In this document: one piece after another, positions 52,700 to 64,000 of the stretch
Layout of the letters: every line of letters starts with the position of its first letter
How positions within the stretch are numbered: the stretch's first letter is position 1
From: Cenococcum geophilum
Taxonomy: Eukaryota
DNA: 64,000 bases
NCBI GenBank assembly: GCA_050273025.1
Contig: CP158635.1
Coordinates: 15,872,001-15,936,000, forward strand
Direction: 5' to 3'
Made by a program: the position numbers and the translations under genes
The notes under the pieces: model-generated
What the model saw: the letters and a program-made list of their open reading frames with translations, nothing else
Told to the model about the DNA's origin: nothing
The model's database searches: none

Positions 52700-53125
52700 C
52701 CAAGTTTTATTAAGTTCTATTAGGATATTAACCTCTACTAAGTTCTGCCAGGTTACTAAATTCTATTAGATTCTGCCAGGTTGCTAAGGTTCTACCAACT
52801 TCTGTTAGATTATTAGATTCTGCTAGGTTACCAAGATTCTGCTAAATTCTATTAGGTTATTAAAACTCTGCCAAATTCTATTAGGTTACTAAAACTCTAC
52901 CAAATTCTATTAGGTTGCCAAAACTCTGCCAATTTCTATTAGGTTGCTAAAACTCTGCTAAATTCTATTAGGTTGCTAGAATTCTGCCAACTTCTATTAG
53001 GTTACTAAATTCTGCCAAATTCTGCTAGGTTAATAAGTTCTGCTAAATTCTACTAGGTTGCCAAAGTTCTGCCAACTTCTACCAGGTTACCATCTACTAA
53101 ATTCCAAATTCTACCATATTCTACT
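52700..53125. repeat. Dense ~10-bp-unit array (TTCTGCCAAA / TTCTGCCAGG / TTGCCAAA) in the LINE G 3' UTR
   Basis: Directly visible tandem periodicity. Confidence 0.85.
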
Positions 53126-56100
53126 ATTCCTACAGTATTTATCCTCTGCCTCTTAAAGCACTTCCTAGCCTCCTCTCTTTACCCTAGCTAGCTCTCTAGC
53201 AAATAAAAGGTATAGTAAGAGGTTTATCTATATAAACCAGTCCGTAACCGCCTTAGCAGCCTTTAGCTTAGTTAAAAACTCTTTATATAAGGATATTCTA
53301 GTATAGTAATATATTTCCGCCCGGCTAGCAGCGTATCTAGAGCAGAACACCACTACGTGCATTATTAATTGTTGGCTATAGCCGTATAGGCAGGCCGGGG
53401 TTAGGTGCCCTAATACTTTTCGGTGGTAGAGGTATCTGTTAAGCCCTATATACTCAATTCTAAGCAGCGTATTAATTGTGCTCTCTACCTTTATAAGCCT
53501 CGCGTGGCGTTTAAAGACTTCCTTATTTTATGGCTCGGCCTAGGCCGTTATATAGTAGGTAAGCGTGCTCTAGTACTTTTCCTATTCCCTTTTCTACCGC
53601 TCCTTAAACGCCTCTTATATCCTAGCCCTTCTGCTTCTCTTATACTGCGCTTTAGATAGGTCCATTAGCTATATATCTATTCCTAAAATAGCGGCTGCTA
53701 TCCTCTTAAGCTTATCCCGTCTAGTAGGCCGCATTAATAGCTTTATTCTGGGCCGGAGTTAGTAGGCTATCGTGGCCTATATAGTGTTGCACTCCCTCTT
53801 AATATGCTCTCTTGCCGGTCCTTCCTACGTCCTCTCCGCGTAGGCTATAGCTAGCTCTTTAAGGTATATCTAAAGCGGCGGAAACCCTATCTTATACTCC
53901 AGTACTACTGTTAGCGTTAATTTATACACCCCCGCAATAGTGCGGAGGCATAGGTTCTATACTATACCCAGCTAGCGCAGCTTAGTTTTACTTATTTCCT
54001 TAGGCTTTATCCACTCCGGTAGCGAGTACTAGGTACTATATCTATATAAAATTACCGGCCGGACTACGGCGGAGTATATTATCCGCGCCTTTTAAAAGGA
54101 GGCGCCCTATATAGAGGCCGTAAGCCGGGTTAGTGCGGCTATTTAGGTAATCGCCTTTATCTTAACAATGTTAACGTACGGTCCCTATTTAAGCTTTAAG
54201 TTAACTTATACCCCTAATACACATAGGTTACTAACTAAGCCTTCCGTAAAGCCATATATATTAGCTATAGCCTTTATATTAAACTTTTTATGGCTCCTTA
54301 TAAAATGGATAAGGTAGTACTTTTTAGGGGCAAACACTACCCTATACCGGTGTGCCCACGCCATACATACCTTATGCGCCCTTTCTATAGTTCTACAGTT
54401 TTCCTCCGTAGTCTTACTATACGTTAGTATATTAGAGTCGTTGACAAATCCAAATACCGTAGTGGTTCCCCCTTATAGCTCTAATAGGAGTATATAGGTA
54501 AAAAAGAGGAATAGGATTAGCAACAGCGCTAAGCCTTAGGGTATACTGGTGTTCGTTTATATTATTTATACCATATATCCTCCAATTAAGAGCCTTGTTA
54601 TTTAATCCTTAAGAAATAACTTTATAAACTATACTATCTAGTAGGGCACGGCTTAGGCCTTTATATTATAGATTATTCTTTTATAGGAGACTTAGTTAAA
54701 GGCCCCGGAAATATTAAGGCTAAGTAATAAGGCTACTAGGTTTAGGTTACTCCTCCACACCATATATACCTATTGGGTTAGTAGCTCCAGTGCTATCTAC
54801 GTTAAGTGCCCCAGCCTTACTCCCATCTAACTAGCCAGTAGCATACCCGTCTCCTCCGCAATTTTAGACAATTAGCTAGCTATTATTCTCTTAAGTAGCT
54901 TCCCAATGGTATTAAGCAGCGCGATTGGCCGGTAGGCCTTTACCGTAGTATAGGATGGTTTCTATAGTTTCCGGAGGACTACTATAATAGAGTCTTTAAA
55001 TGGTTTTAGGTAATGTCTAATTGCTATACAGCTGCTAAAGAGTTTAGCCAGCATTAGGGCTAGCTACTCTCCGCACGTCTTAAGGAATTAGTTAGTAATC
55101 TTCTTTAGACCTAGGGCCTTATTAGGGGTAAGCCCCTTTAGGGCCGTAATAATATCCTCCTCCTTAACTACTTCCTTTACTATTCGCGGCTCCGGGTATA
55201 TAAACCCTAGTATATCGCTAAGGTCCGCCTCTACCGGCAGTAAGAAGAACTGCTCTATAAGGATAGTGGCTTTCTCCTTATTATTATAGTGTAGGGTCTC
55301 CTCTCCTAGTCTACTAATAGGAGGAAACTGTGGTAGGGCCTTTGGCTTCCCATCCGCTATACGCGCCCATTTTACCATCCTCTACATTCCTTTAGAGTTG
55401 TTTATTAGCTTTTTAACGGTCCTTCTCTATAGCTTATTAGCCTTTTATTAGATTGCCCTTTTCTTCTTATTTTATATAACTCTATAGTTAATCTAGTTAG
55501 GCACTAACTAAGAGACCTTCTACGCCCAAAAGGCCTATCGGGTTTCCTTTACTACTTCTATATATTCCTCTAACCATACTTTAAAGGCTTACGGCGAGGG
55601 CCGCGCGTTAGGTACTATTTTTACTATAGTATTCTTAATTGCTTAGTGTATAGCCTCCGCTAGTGCGTCTAGTTTATCTCTTATGCCATATAGGAGTCTA
55701 TATAGGGGCTAGAGTTGGCCCTCTAGCTCACTCTACACCACCTTCTAATTGGCCTTCTTCTATAGCGGTCTCCTAGGTAAGGGGGGCCCCTCTAGCGTCT
55801 CTACATCCACCTCCATAATAATAGGAAAGTGGTCGGACCCTATATGCTAGCGGTCTTATCTTTAACTTTATAGCAGCCTATCAGTAATCTAGGGGGAGGT
55901 AAACACCAAGTCTAGCGTGCTCCTCGACGTGCCCTTTACCTATATCTCCATGCCCGCCTTAGTAGCTAGGCTTAGGCCAGCTACCTCTATAGCGCAGATA
56001 AGGTCATCCGCCGCGTTGTCCGCGCATATTACTATTACACCCCCCTAGAAGGGGTGGTATAGATTAAAATCACCTAACAGTATATATTCTCCTTCGGCCC

Positions 56101-59100
56101 TTAGCAGCTCCGGTAGCATACGGATACTACTATTCGTCTATTAGGGGTTATAAATATTATAGATCTGGATAGTCCTCTCGCAGCCCTCCAGCTTAATTGT
56201 ATATATGTCTGCTAAGTAGTATATAGGCGCCCACTTATTTATATTAATAGCCTTATTTATATAGAAGCAGACCCTTATATTGCCTACTCCCGCGTATACT
56301 AGGTAGTAGGATTTTATAGTATATATTATATTTCCTTAGTCCCTCCGCTACAGCTCCTAGATAGCTAATATATCCGGCTAAAGATCCGCCTACTCCACCT
56401 CTTATAGGAAGTAGAGTAGTACGCCGTTTCTACTATTATTAGTATTATATTATATAATTATAAGTGTTTTCCGGTATCCTAATATAAGAGATCTATACTG
56501 GCCTCTAAGTTAGCTAAGTCGGTGCCCTTTAGCGTCTGTTTACTTCCTTATAACGCAGTTTCGGAGCCTCTAAATACCTCTCTCCAGATCTAGGCTTCTG
56601 CTTTCACCTCCGTGTTAAACTCTATATTTAGTAGAGGCTCCTAGGTTACTAGGATTTAAATTAGGGCGTATATACTACTATATAGTGCTGTTTAGAGTGT
56701 TAATTAGAGGGTCCTTTGGCCTATTTCCTTCCTAAAATAATTAAAAGTCTGCAGCCGGCTGACCTTCCGGGGGGCTTCCTCTGCCTATATAGAGCTCTCT
56801 TACATAACTATCTCCTTTAGCTTCCTTTTCTTAGCTCGTTATAAGGCCTCCTTAGTAGTGATCTCGTACTATAATTGTAATTGCTGTCCGCTTGTAGGTG
56901 CCTTATAGGTGCTTACGTAGTGTGTTGGCGTATAGGCCCTAATTACTACAGCCTTCTCCTACTATATCCGCTTAACACTGCACGCCCCGTTCCATGCCTT
57001 ATAGTCTACTTTATAGTTAATACACTTTTTAGGTAGATCTCCTATACATTCGCTAGTATTATATTACCTAGCATAGCATCCGCATCTAGCTTCTTTCCTG
57101 CAACTCTTAGCTATATAGTTAAAGCCTTAGCATTTAAAGCACTGCGTTACTAGAAACGTTGTCTCGTGCCTTATAACTAGGTAGTAGTCTCCTCCTAAAA
57201 AGAGGCCCCAATTAAATAGCGCATTTGCTAACTCTTCTAACTGTATACCCATAATAAGTAACAATTTGACCTTTTGTCCCGTTCAGACTCTTCTTAGCCT
57301 TTTCCACGCCAGCCTTTCTACTATAAGCCCCGCTATAGTATAGTTCTACTTTATTATATCTTCTATTATCTGCTTAGCCTCCAGGCCTTAGATAGTAAGG
57401 CTTGTAGGTACCACGTAGACCTCTACTAGTACTAGCGGAATAGCTAGTATAGCAGAGCATCTAAGGACCTTCATTCACTCTGTTTCTTATAGCAGCCTAT
57501 CTTTTACGTCTTTATCCGTAACATACGCCCTAACGTCACCACTTTATAACTTCTTTACAGCCTGTATCCTGTGGGTGTCTAGGGGTCCTACGGCCTAGAG
57601 TTTATATACTAGGGCTTAGCTGTTCTACTTTAAGGTTTCCTCGCGGTTAGCGGCGTCGCCTATACGGATTGTAATCTTATATATATCTATAGGTTTATGG
57701 GCAGCTTATCTTATAGCTTAGGGCATTATAGGTGTGGCAGCGATATGTACGTACGACAGCGGGCCTATAGACGTTAGTTCGCTCTTCGTAGCCATCATTA
57801 CGGCCTTTCTAAGGGCGCCAATATCTGTCCGGATTGCCTTTATATCCTAGGCATATTACTCCTAGGTTCCTTAGGTCTAGATAAGCTCCGCTAACGTAGT
57901 AAAGGCTATCCAGAGGGTTATAATCGCAGTAGTAAGGAAGGAGAGCATAGTAGAGCGCTCCTTATCTGCATCAAGAGATCGTTTCTGTAGTGCCTGCTAG
58001 GTTTATTCTGCGGTTTGTATAGTCTATAAAACGCGTTCTTAAAAGGCACGCTGTTTAATTGGGGTGGTTAGGGTGGTTGGGGTTAGGGGTTTATTTATTT
58101 ATTATAATCCGGTTTTAGGGGCTGTATATTGGAAAACACCATATATACCTCCACTAACGCCGAATTAGGGTGTGTGGTTTTGATAGGAAGGGTCTCTACA
58201 GTCCTCTAGAGCTCGTGGGAGCTCTATAGGGCTTGTTTCGCAGGTTTCTTTAGCGGGCGATTGCATTGTATGAGTTGATTTATAAAGCAGCTGTTCTGAC
58301 TCTATAGCCATATTATTATACGTACTTTTAATATTAAATAATACTAAAGATAGCGTCTTTTTTTCTCTTTATACTTTAAATATGTCCTTATAGAGATATA
58401 ATAGCGTATATATTATTAACCTTTACTTCTTAGCTCTAAAGTATATCTTAGGTAGTAGGCTATATTCCTCTACTAGGTATACTATCCTCTCCGCTACTAG
58501 TAATTTAAGTACTTTTCCTAGTATTAGGAGAAGGGAGATTGGCCTATAGTTATTTACTACTATATAGTCCCCCCGCTTTAGCTTCTATAGTAGTATAATC
58601 TTTACTACCTTCTATTCCTATAATACTTTTCCTATTTTAAATAATTTAGTAAAAAGAGTAGGAATTTTACCGCTTAGTATAGGCTATAGTTCTCGCTATA
58701 CCCTAGCTAGTAAGCCGTCTCTTTTAAGGGCCTTATCTAGGGTAGCCCTAAAACCAGCTGCCTTAACCTTATATTTAGTAATAGGCTCCTACGGCAATTA
58801 ATTATAGCTAGCTATAGTATCCTCCTTTTATTCGCATAGTAGTAGGACTAAAAAGAATATCTAAAGTGGTTCTTTTATAATATTATGGTTCTTTATAATA
58901 ACCTCTACCTATTCTCTAACCTTTTTAATTAATAATATTCTAGAAAACGTAGATATAGCCTACGGATTAAGATATTTTAACACTTTTATATATTCTTACT
59001 ATTACTAGGAAATTCGTCCTAAGAGAGCTTTCTATATTACTAAATAGTCCTATAGAAGAGCTTCTTCACTCTTACTATAATATTATATAGCTTAGAGTTA

Positions 59101-60947
59101 TCCCTTTCTTACTTCTATATCGCACTATTCCTATTCCTTTAATATATATATAACTTCCTCGGCGTTATAAAATCTTTATTCTACTATCTTTTTACATATA
59201 GTAATAGCTTAACCTACTAGCAGTGTACTTTAAGGACTTTATTAATCTACCTATTAAGGCAGTTAACCATTTTATCTATATTTTCTATAGGGAATCCTAT
59301 CTCTTTCTATTACTTTATATCTTCTTAAATCTTATCCTAGTTTATATTTTTAATAAGTAGCCTTTTTTAGCTCTTCTATATATATATATTAATCTAAAAG
59401 CTAATATAGATAGCTCTATAGTCTAACCCGTACTTATACTCCTAAATAGCGCACTTTACTAGTTTACTTACTAGGCCTAGGGTAATAAGTATAAGGTTAA
59501 TTATAAATATTTACCCTACCTCGCTCTTAAATATAGGTACTTCTATTAAAAGTAGGCTTTAAAGTAACTAGTCCGCTATAAAGTTAATAATTAGCGAGCT
59601 TTCTTCCTATATTAATATAGTACTAATATAACTTCCTCCCTATAGCGGGTTATACTAATTAAAATTGCCTATAATTACCACTTTAGTATATAGGTCGCGC
59701 AATAATTTACCCTAAATTAAACTATTAATTATCTCCAGCTTACTAAAGAGCTCCTATAGGTTCTTTTCCTTAGTTCTTCTTAAGTATTTATCTAAAATAT
59801 ATACTAACATAATTATAAGTCTCCTTTAGCCAATATACGCTACTACTGCTATAATATTTACTAAATCCACCTATAGCTATATAGCTACTAGCTCTTTAGA
59901 TGTCTAGATATATAACCTAACTAGGGGATACTAATACTTCCTACCTATTAGGATAAACCTTATCTACTAGGGTTTAAGCTAGCTAGTATTACTTCCCTAT
60001 TTAAGAGAAAGTAATAAGGCTTCTAGCCTAGAATAAAGTAAAAGTCTACTAGCGTTTTATGGTTATATAGTGCATATTACACTTCCCTATACTTCCTTAT
60101 ATTCGCCTAAATAATTTGGAGTTCTTTATCTATAGCGCTGTTATATAAAAATCCTATCCATCTCTTTTCTATATACTAGGCATTTATAGTATAAGGCCTA
60201 ATAGGGACCCTAGCAGTTTATATAATATAGATTAACCGTCTTATACTAAAGATAGCCTTCCCGTCTATATATTTTATATATATTAGGTTATATATAGTCT
60301 TTAGCCCTATATCTAAACCTTTTATATTTATAGCATGCTATAGGGGTACGTTACTCCTTAAATGGCGATATAATAATTACACTTCCCTTAAATAATACGT
60401 TGTTTGATATAAGCAGCTTCTTTATATCCTTCTTTATTACCACTTTAATAATTACTAATATATACTAGCCGCGCGGCCTTAGTTATTCGAGCTATCTTAT
60501 TATATTAATGTTTATTACTAGCTAACGTTTATTACTAGCTACTAATTAGGTTTCTTAAAGTTCCTAGCGCTTATTATTTATAGCAAAGTTATTTTTAGCC
60601 CTACCGTGCCTCTACTAGCCGCTGCTAATACCTATAATTATATTAGAGCTAAAAGAGTATTTAGTTACGCTTATAAGGACCGGATAGCTTTCTAAAGTTT
60701 AGTGTTTTGCTTTTTAAGGCTTTGCTATTCTAATTTAATATCTACTAGTTTATTTCTAATACTCTTAATAATGCTATTCTAGCTTATAATAATATTGCTC
60801 TACTATACTATAGTTTCTTTAAGGCTTTTAATAAAGTCGACAGAATTTATTATAATTAATACCTCCTTCTTTACGTTTGGGTAAGGTAGAGACTCTTACT
60901 ATAAGAAATAGAGGCAGTATATACTGCGTAGTTTGTAATCTAGCTTA

Positions 60948-61195
60948 TATTACAGAAGTGGGCACAAGCTGGAATACAATGTACTAAACGGGGTAGTAAT
61001 TAAAGAAGGCTACGTACGTGACTATGCGTGGTTAATACAAAGACATTTGGATGAAGAAGAAGAGTCTTTATGTGTTAGGTACGGGTATAAATAGAAGTTG
61101 TAGGGATACGTGCGTAGGTGTCTCAGGACGAACGTAAGCATGGGTCAAGAACGTCAAAGCGCGCAGGGACGTGAGAACGGGTGAGTCCCGTAACA
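60948..61195. mobile_element. Solo LTR (248 bp) in LINE F ORF1
   Basis: T(A)TTAC...GTAACA termini; TSD GCTTA/GTTTA; absent from the paralogous LINE segment near 49550. Confidence 0.85.
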
Positions 61196-61536
61196 GTTTA
61201 TAGTACGGTTGTCTGCTATTTAAACTGTACTAATCTTTAAGCGGCTCGTGTCCTTAGCAACTGCTAGGCCTCTTACACCTTCGCGCTCGGTTTCCTTATA
61301 CGTCTTAGTAGAGCTGCTAGCGGATCTAGAGATGGTGTTGCTAATACGCGTTTAGGGGTCGAAGCAGCCATCGGGGCTCCGGGGCTTCGTTCGGTGGGCC
61401 GCAGGGGCCGCCTTGCAGCGGGAACTACTGTAGCTAAACGAAAGACCAGGATTCGTTTAAAAGAATGTCCGAGATGAATATCCTCCTCTTTTAAAAGTTT
61501 TACGCCTCCTTCCGTATTTCTTTTTCGAGCCGTATA

Positions 61537-61758
61537 CGGAGGACGGAGCAAAAAGAGATTTCCACTTCCTTTTTGGGACTAGTGGCTACCCCCCATAAGG
61601 TCGCCAAAGTTATGGGGGCTCTGTCGCCTGAGTATCGAGATTTCAGGCGGTCTATGCCGCCAAAGGCCTAAAACCTCAGCAACCTTATAGGCACCTTATG
61701 GGGATAAACCCGCTAGTCCCAAAAAGGAAGGGGAAATCTCTTTTTGCTCCGTCCTCCG
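61537..61758. mobile_element. MITE, Tc1/mariner-type (222 bp)
   Basis: ~49-bp near-perfect TIR CGGAGGACGGAGCAAAAAGAGATTTCC(A/C)CTTCCTTTTTGGGACTAG; TA on both flanks. Confidence 0.88.
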
Positions 61759-61849
61759 TAGGCGACTTCAACAAGGGTGTGGCCGGAGCGGGTCGGCCGT
61801 CCTCCCTGCTAGCGGTGGCGACATAATGTACCACTCCACATTTGTTATA

Positions 61850-61930
61850 CAGTCAAAACTCTTTATAACGATGCGGGTCGTACGGCCGACCGTATCGTAA
61901 TACTAATGGTATTGTTATACATAAAGTCAC
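61850..61930 (+). mobile_element. Possible left end of a pogo/Tc1-mariner-like DNA transposon
   Basis: TA|CAGTCAAAACTCTTTATAACGA resembles pogo-type termini; partner TIR not found in window. Confidence 0.45.
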
Positions 61931-62464
61931 GTGTTAGATTAATAAGCGGGGAAAAGGAGGCCGATACGTTATCTCGGTCCCAGACGATTAACCAATCATA
62001 AGCTGCTTACATAACAGATTAATCATCTTATGTTGTTGTCGTCTGGTATTGTCTCGTTCCCAGACCTTCTTGCCAAGGCTTACCTTGCCAAGCCGCTAGC
62101 CGCTTTTGGCAAGACCTTCGTTAGAAGGTCTGGTACACGGTTCGGATTTTTATTAGTCCCGCGCGGGGTATTTAGGCCTATATACACCTACTTTGAGCCA
62201 AATTATCTTAACTTCCATAGCTCCCTAAGCTATTCCTAATGGCTAGAATTACTAAATCAAACCTGGCGAAGAAGACTACGTTGCCCGATTTGCCCGATTC
62301 CAATTTGTTATCTCGTCGTTGCGCCCGACGCCCCCGAGTTGTAGCAGCCGCACCTTTCCCACGACCTCTTTCTACCGCAGCCAGAGTACCCAAACCGACG
62401 AGCCAGCTTTAAATAATAACTAAGGACTACTAGTAGGTATAGATTTGCTTTATAGAAGGGGGTA

Positions 62465-62945
62465 AGCTTTAGGTAGAGCCTCGCGCAGAGCTTCAATAAA
62501 GCCTTATGTAGAGCTTTAGTAGAGGCTTACGCAGAGCCCTACGCAGAGCTCCGCGTAGAGCTTCGTGCAGAGCTTCTGCAGAGCTTCGTGCAGAGCTTCG
62601 TGCAGAGCTTCGTGCAGAGCCTTGTGCAGAGCTTCGTGCAGAGCCTTGTGTAGAGCTTTAAGGAGCTTTAAGCAGAGCTTTAAGCAGAGCTTCGAGTAGA
62701 GCTTTAAGTAGAGCTTTAAGCGGAGCTTTATATAGAGCCTTATATCCCTTAACCCGCTGGTTCTGGCGCCCAGTTATCGATAAGGCTTTAGCCAATAAAG
62801 AGCCCTAGATCGACGAACTTTTGGTGTTCCATACACACGGACCATCATCTTATCGATAACGGAGGACGCCAGCGGGTTAAGGGATAGAGCTTTGTATAGA
62901 GCCTTGTATATAACTTTATATAGAGCCTTATATAGAGCTTTATAT
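62465..62945. repeat. 12-bp tandem repeat (GCAGAGCTTCGT) with increasing RIP decay outward
   Basis: Near-perfect core at ~62555-62645; AT-shifted copies (tagagccttata) on both sides. Confidence 0.9.
62746..62883. mobile_element. 138-bp MITE with CCC...GGG termini inserted in the 12-bp array
   Basis: TIR CCCTTAACCCGCTGG / CCAGCGGGTTAAGGG plus inner IR GTTATCGATAAG / CTTATCGATAAC; removing it with one AT restores gagccttatatagagc. Confidence 0.8.
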
Positions 62946-64000
62946 AAATATATAGGCGTATAAATATATATTTTTATACTAGTAATTAATTATAGAATTT
63001 ATAGAAATAATTATATAGGAAATTATATAGATATTTATTTATTTATTTATAGTAAGGCTAATAATATTATACGGCTCCTAGATCTAGGGCCTAGGACTAG
63101 GTAGTAAGGTATTAATAAAAAGCTCCTTAGCGTTATTAGCTAAGCTATAAAACTAGTACCTATATAGAACTATAGGGGTTTATAAAAAACACTACGCGCT
63201 ATACTATAATATAAAGTAGTAGTTCTACTAGTAGACTTATATATTAATATAACTACTATATAGAGAATAGTTATAGTATAAGGCTACTTAGTAAAAGAAA
63301 ATATATACTAAATACTAAAACGTATATAAGGATTAAGGGCCCCTTAAAAAGGTAATACGCCTAAGTATACTAGCTAGGAAGCCCTCTACCTATAGATAGT
63401 AAAGAAAGAAAAGAAAATATAGAAACTATTAGCTTACTAGATAGAGACCTAGCGCTATACTAGTAGAGTATTACTATAGTAATAGAGGATAAGAGGCTAT
63501 TAGTATAGATAGAGATCTACTATACTTATTTATAAAATAGGTAGACCTTAAATAGAAGCGATAATAGAAGGAGGTAGTAAAAATATAAGACGTAGCTATA
63601 TAGAATACCCTATAGTTAATACTAATACTCCTCCTATATAAAGGACTAATAAAGGTAAAATATATAACCGCCTTCCTACTATAGATAGAGATTTTAAGCC
63701 TAAATATATAGCTAGTAAGTATCTATATTTTAAATACTATACCTTAATACACTTATAGATAGCCTATTTAGTTAGTATACTATATACTACTTTTCTATAG
63801 CTACTACTTAGTAAGGTACTAGCTATTTACTAGTATAGGTATAAATAATATTACTTATACTCTCTATAAGTAGGGGCCTATAAGTAGTATTAATATTGCT
63901 TATAGGCTAAGGAGTTTTTTAGTAGTTCTAAATAGTATATAAGATTTAATAGGAGGACACTAAATGATATACCCCTTTTAGCCCCTTAGAGACTAAATAC

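Larger units (their letters stand above)
52280..58297 (-). mobile_element. LINE G (Tad-like, no RNase H seen), full length, inserted in the RT of LINE F
   Basis: TSD GACTCTATA at 52271-52279 and 58298-58306; 3' (ATAAC)n tail at ~52280-52296; ORF1 ATG 58266 with CCHC knuckles ~56960-57145; ORF2 APE (LLGDFNLYHP, GSDHFPI), RT AYRPIALLNTIGK and GFVNDSN. Confidence 0.87.
49890..61500 (-). mobile_element. Tad-like LINE F (ORF1; ORF2 APE-RT-RNase H-CCHC), RIP-inactivated, interrupted by LINE G and a solo LTR; ends approximate
   Basis: ORF1 ATG at 61371 (MAASTPKRVL); endonuclease remnants ~59400-60200; RT SLVLFNIKSTYN (~58315-58350) continues at ~52270, GLL*GLVLA, AFINDY (~52030); RNase H YINTLVRN (~51200); terminal zinc motif ~50500. 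Confidence 0.8.

Noticed and set aside
5912..53659. Hydrophobic small ORFs at 5912, 28117, 39217, 47144, 47612, 49351 and 53423
   Set aside because: I/L/Y-rich artefacts of RIPed DNA, mostly antisense to TE ORFs or inside LTRs
13855..61551. ORFs 13855-14136, 55088-55378 and 61273-61551 as independent genes
   Set aside because: Stop-free fragments of Copia integrase, LINE G ORF2 and LINE F ORF1 respectively
62030..62496. ORFs 62030, 62208 and 62308
   Set aside because: Short, mutually overlapping, no recognisable domain
63500..63700. Possible RecQ-like helicase motifs (RP*IEAI, RTNKGK)
   Set aside because: Too weak and no downstream DEAH-box seen

Overview
Fungal (filamentous ascomycete-type) genomic DNA, almost entirely a graveyard of nested transposable elements inactivated by C>T/G>A mutation typical of RIP (TpA excess; TGG/CAG/CGA codons turned into stops). 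Only one intact gene is supportable: an intronless GH17 beta-1,3-glucanase/glucanosyltransferase (EglC-like, minus strand, 29294-30349) in a ~2.7 kb GC-balanced island. Left of it, a minus-strand chromodomain Gypsy (A, 1163-27278, TSD AAAGG) carries three full-length insertions: Gypsy C (TSD TATAG), a GalEa-like Copia D (TSD GGGTT) and Gypsy B1 (TSD TCGGT). Right of it lies a RIP-killed Crypton-type tyrosine recombinase gene (NDC10_II + GCR1_C, ~31581-46466, minus) split by Gypsy B2 (TSD CGGCG) and Gypsy E (TSD CTTAT). Then come truncated Gypsy heads, a LINE nested in a LINE, two solo LTRs, two MITEs and a pogo-like end. Notable cross-element signals: a conserved 23-bp dyad in the 3' UTR of three different Gypsy families, a shared ~10-bp-period motif in unrelated TE classes, and an antisense Zn2Cys6-like ORF in Gypsy C. 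All boundaries and de-RIP translations were read by eye.
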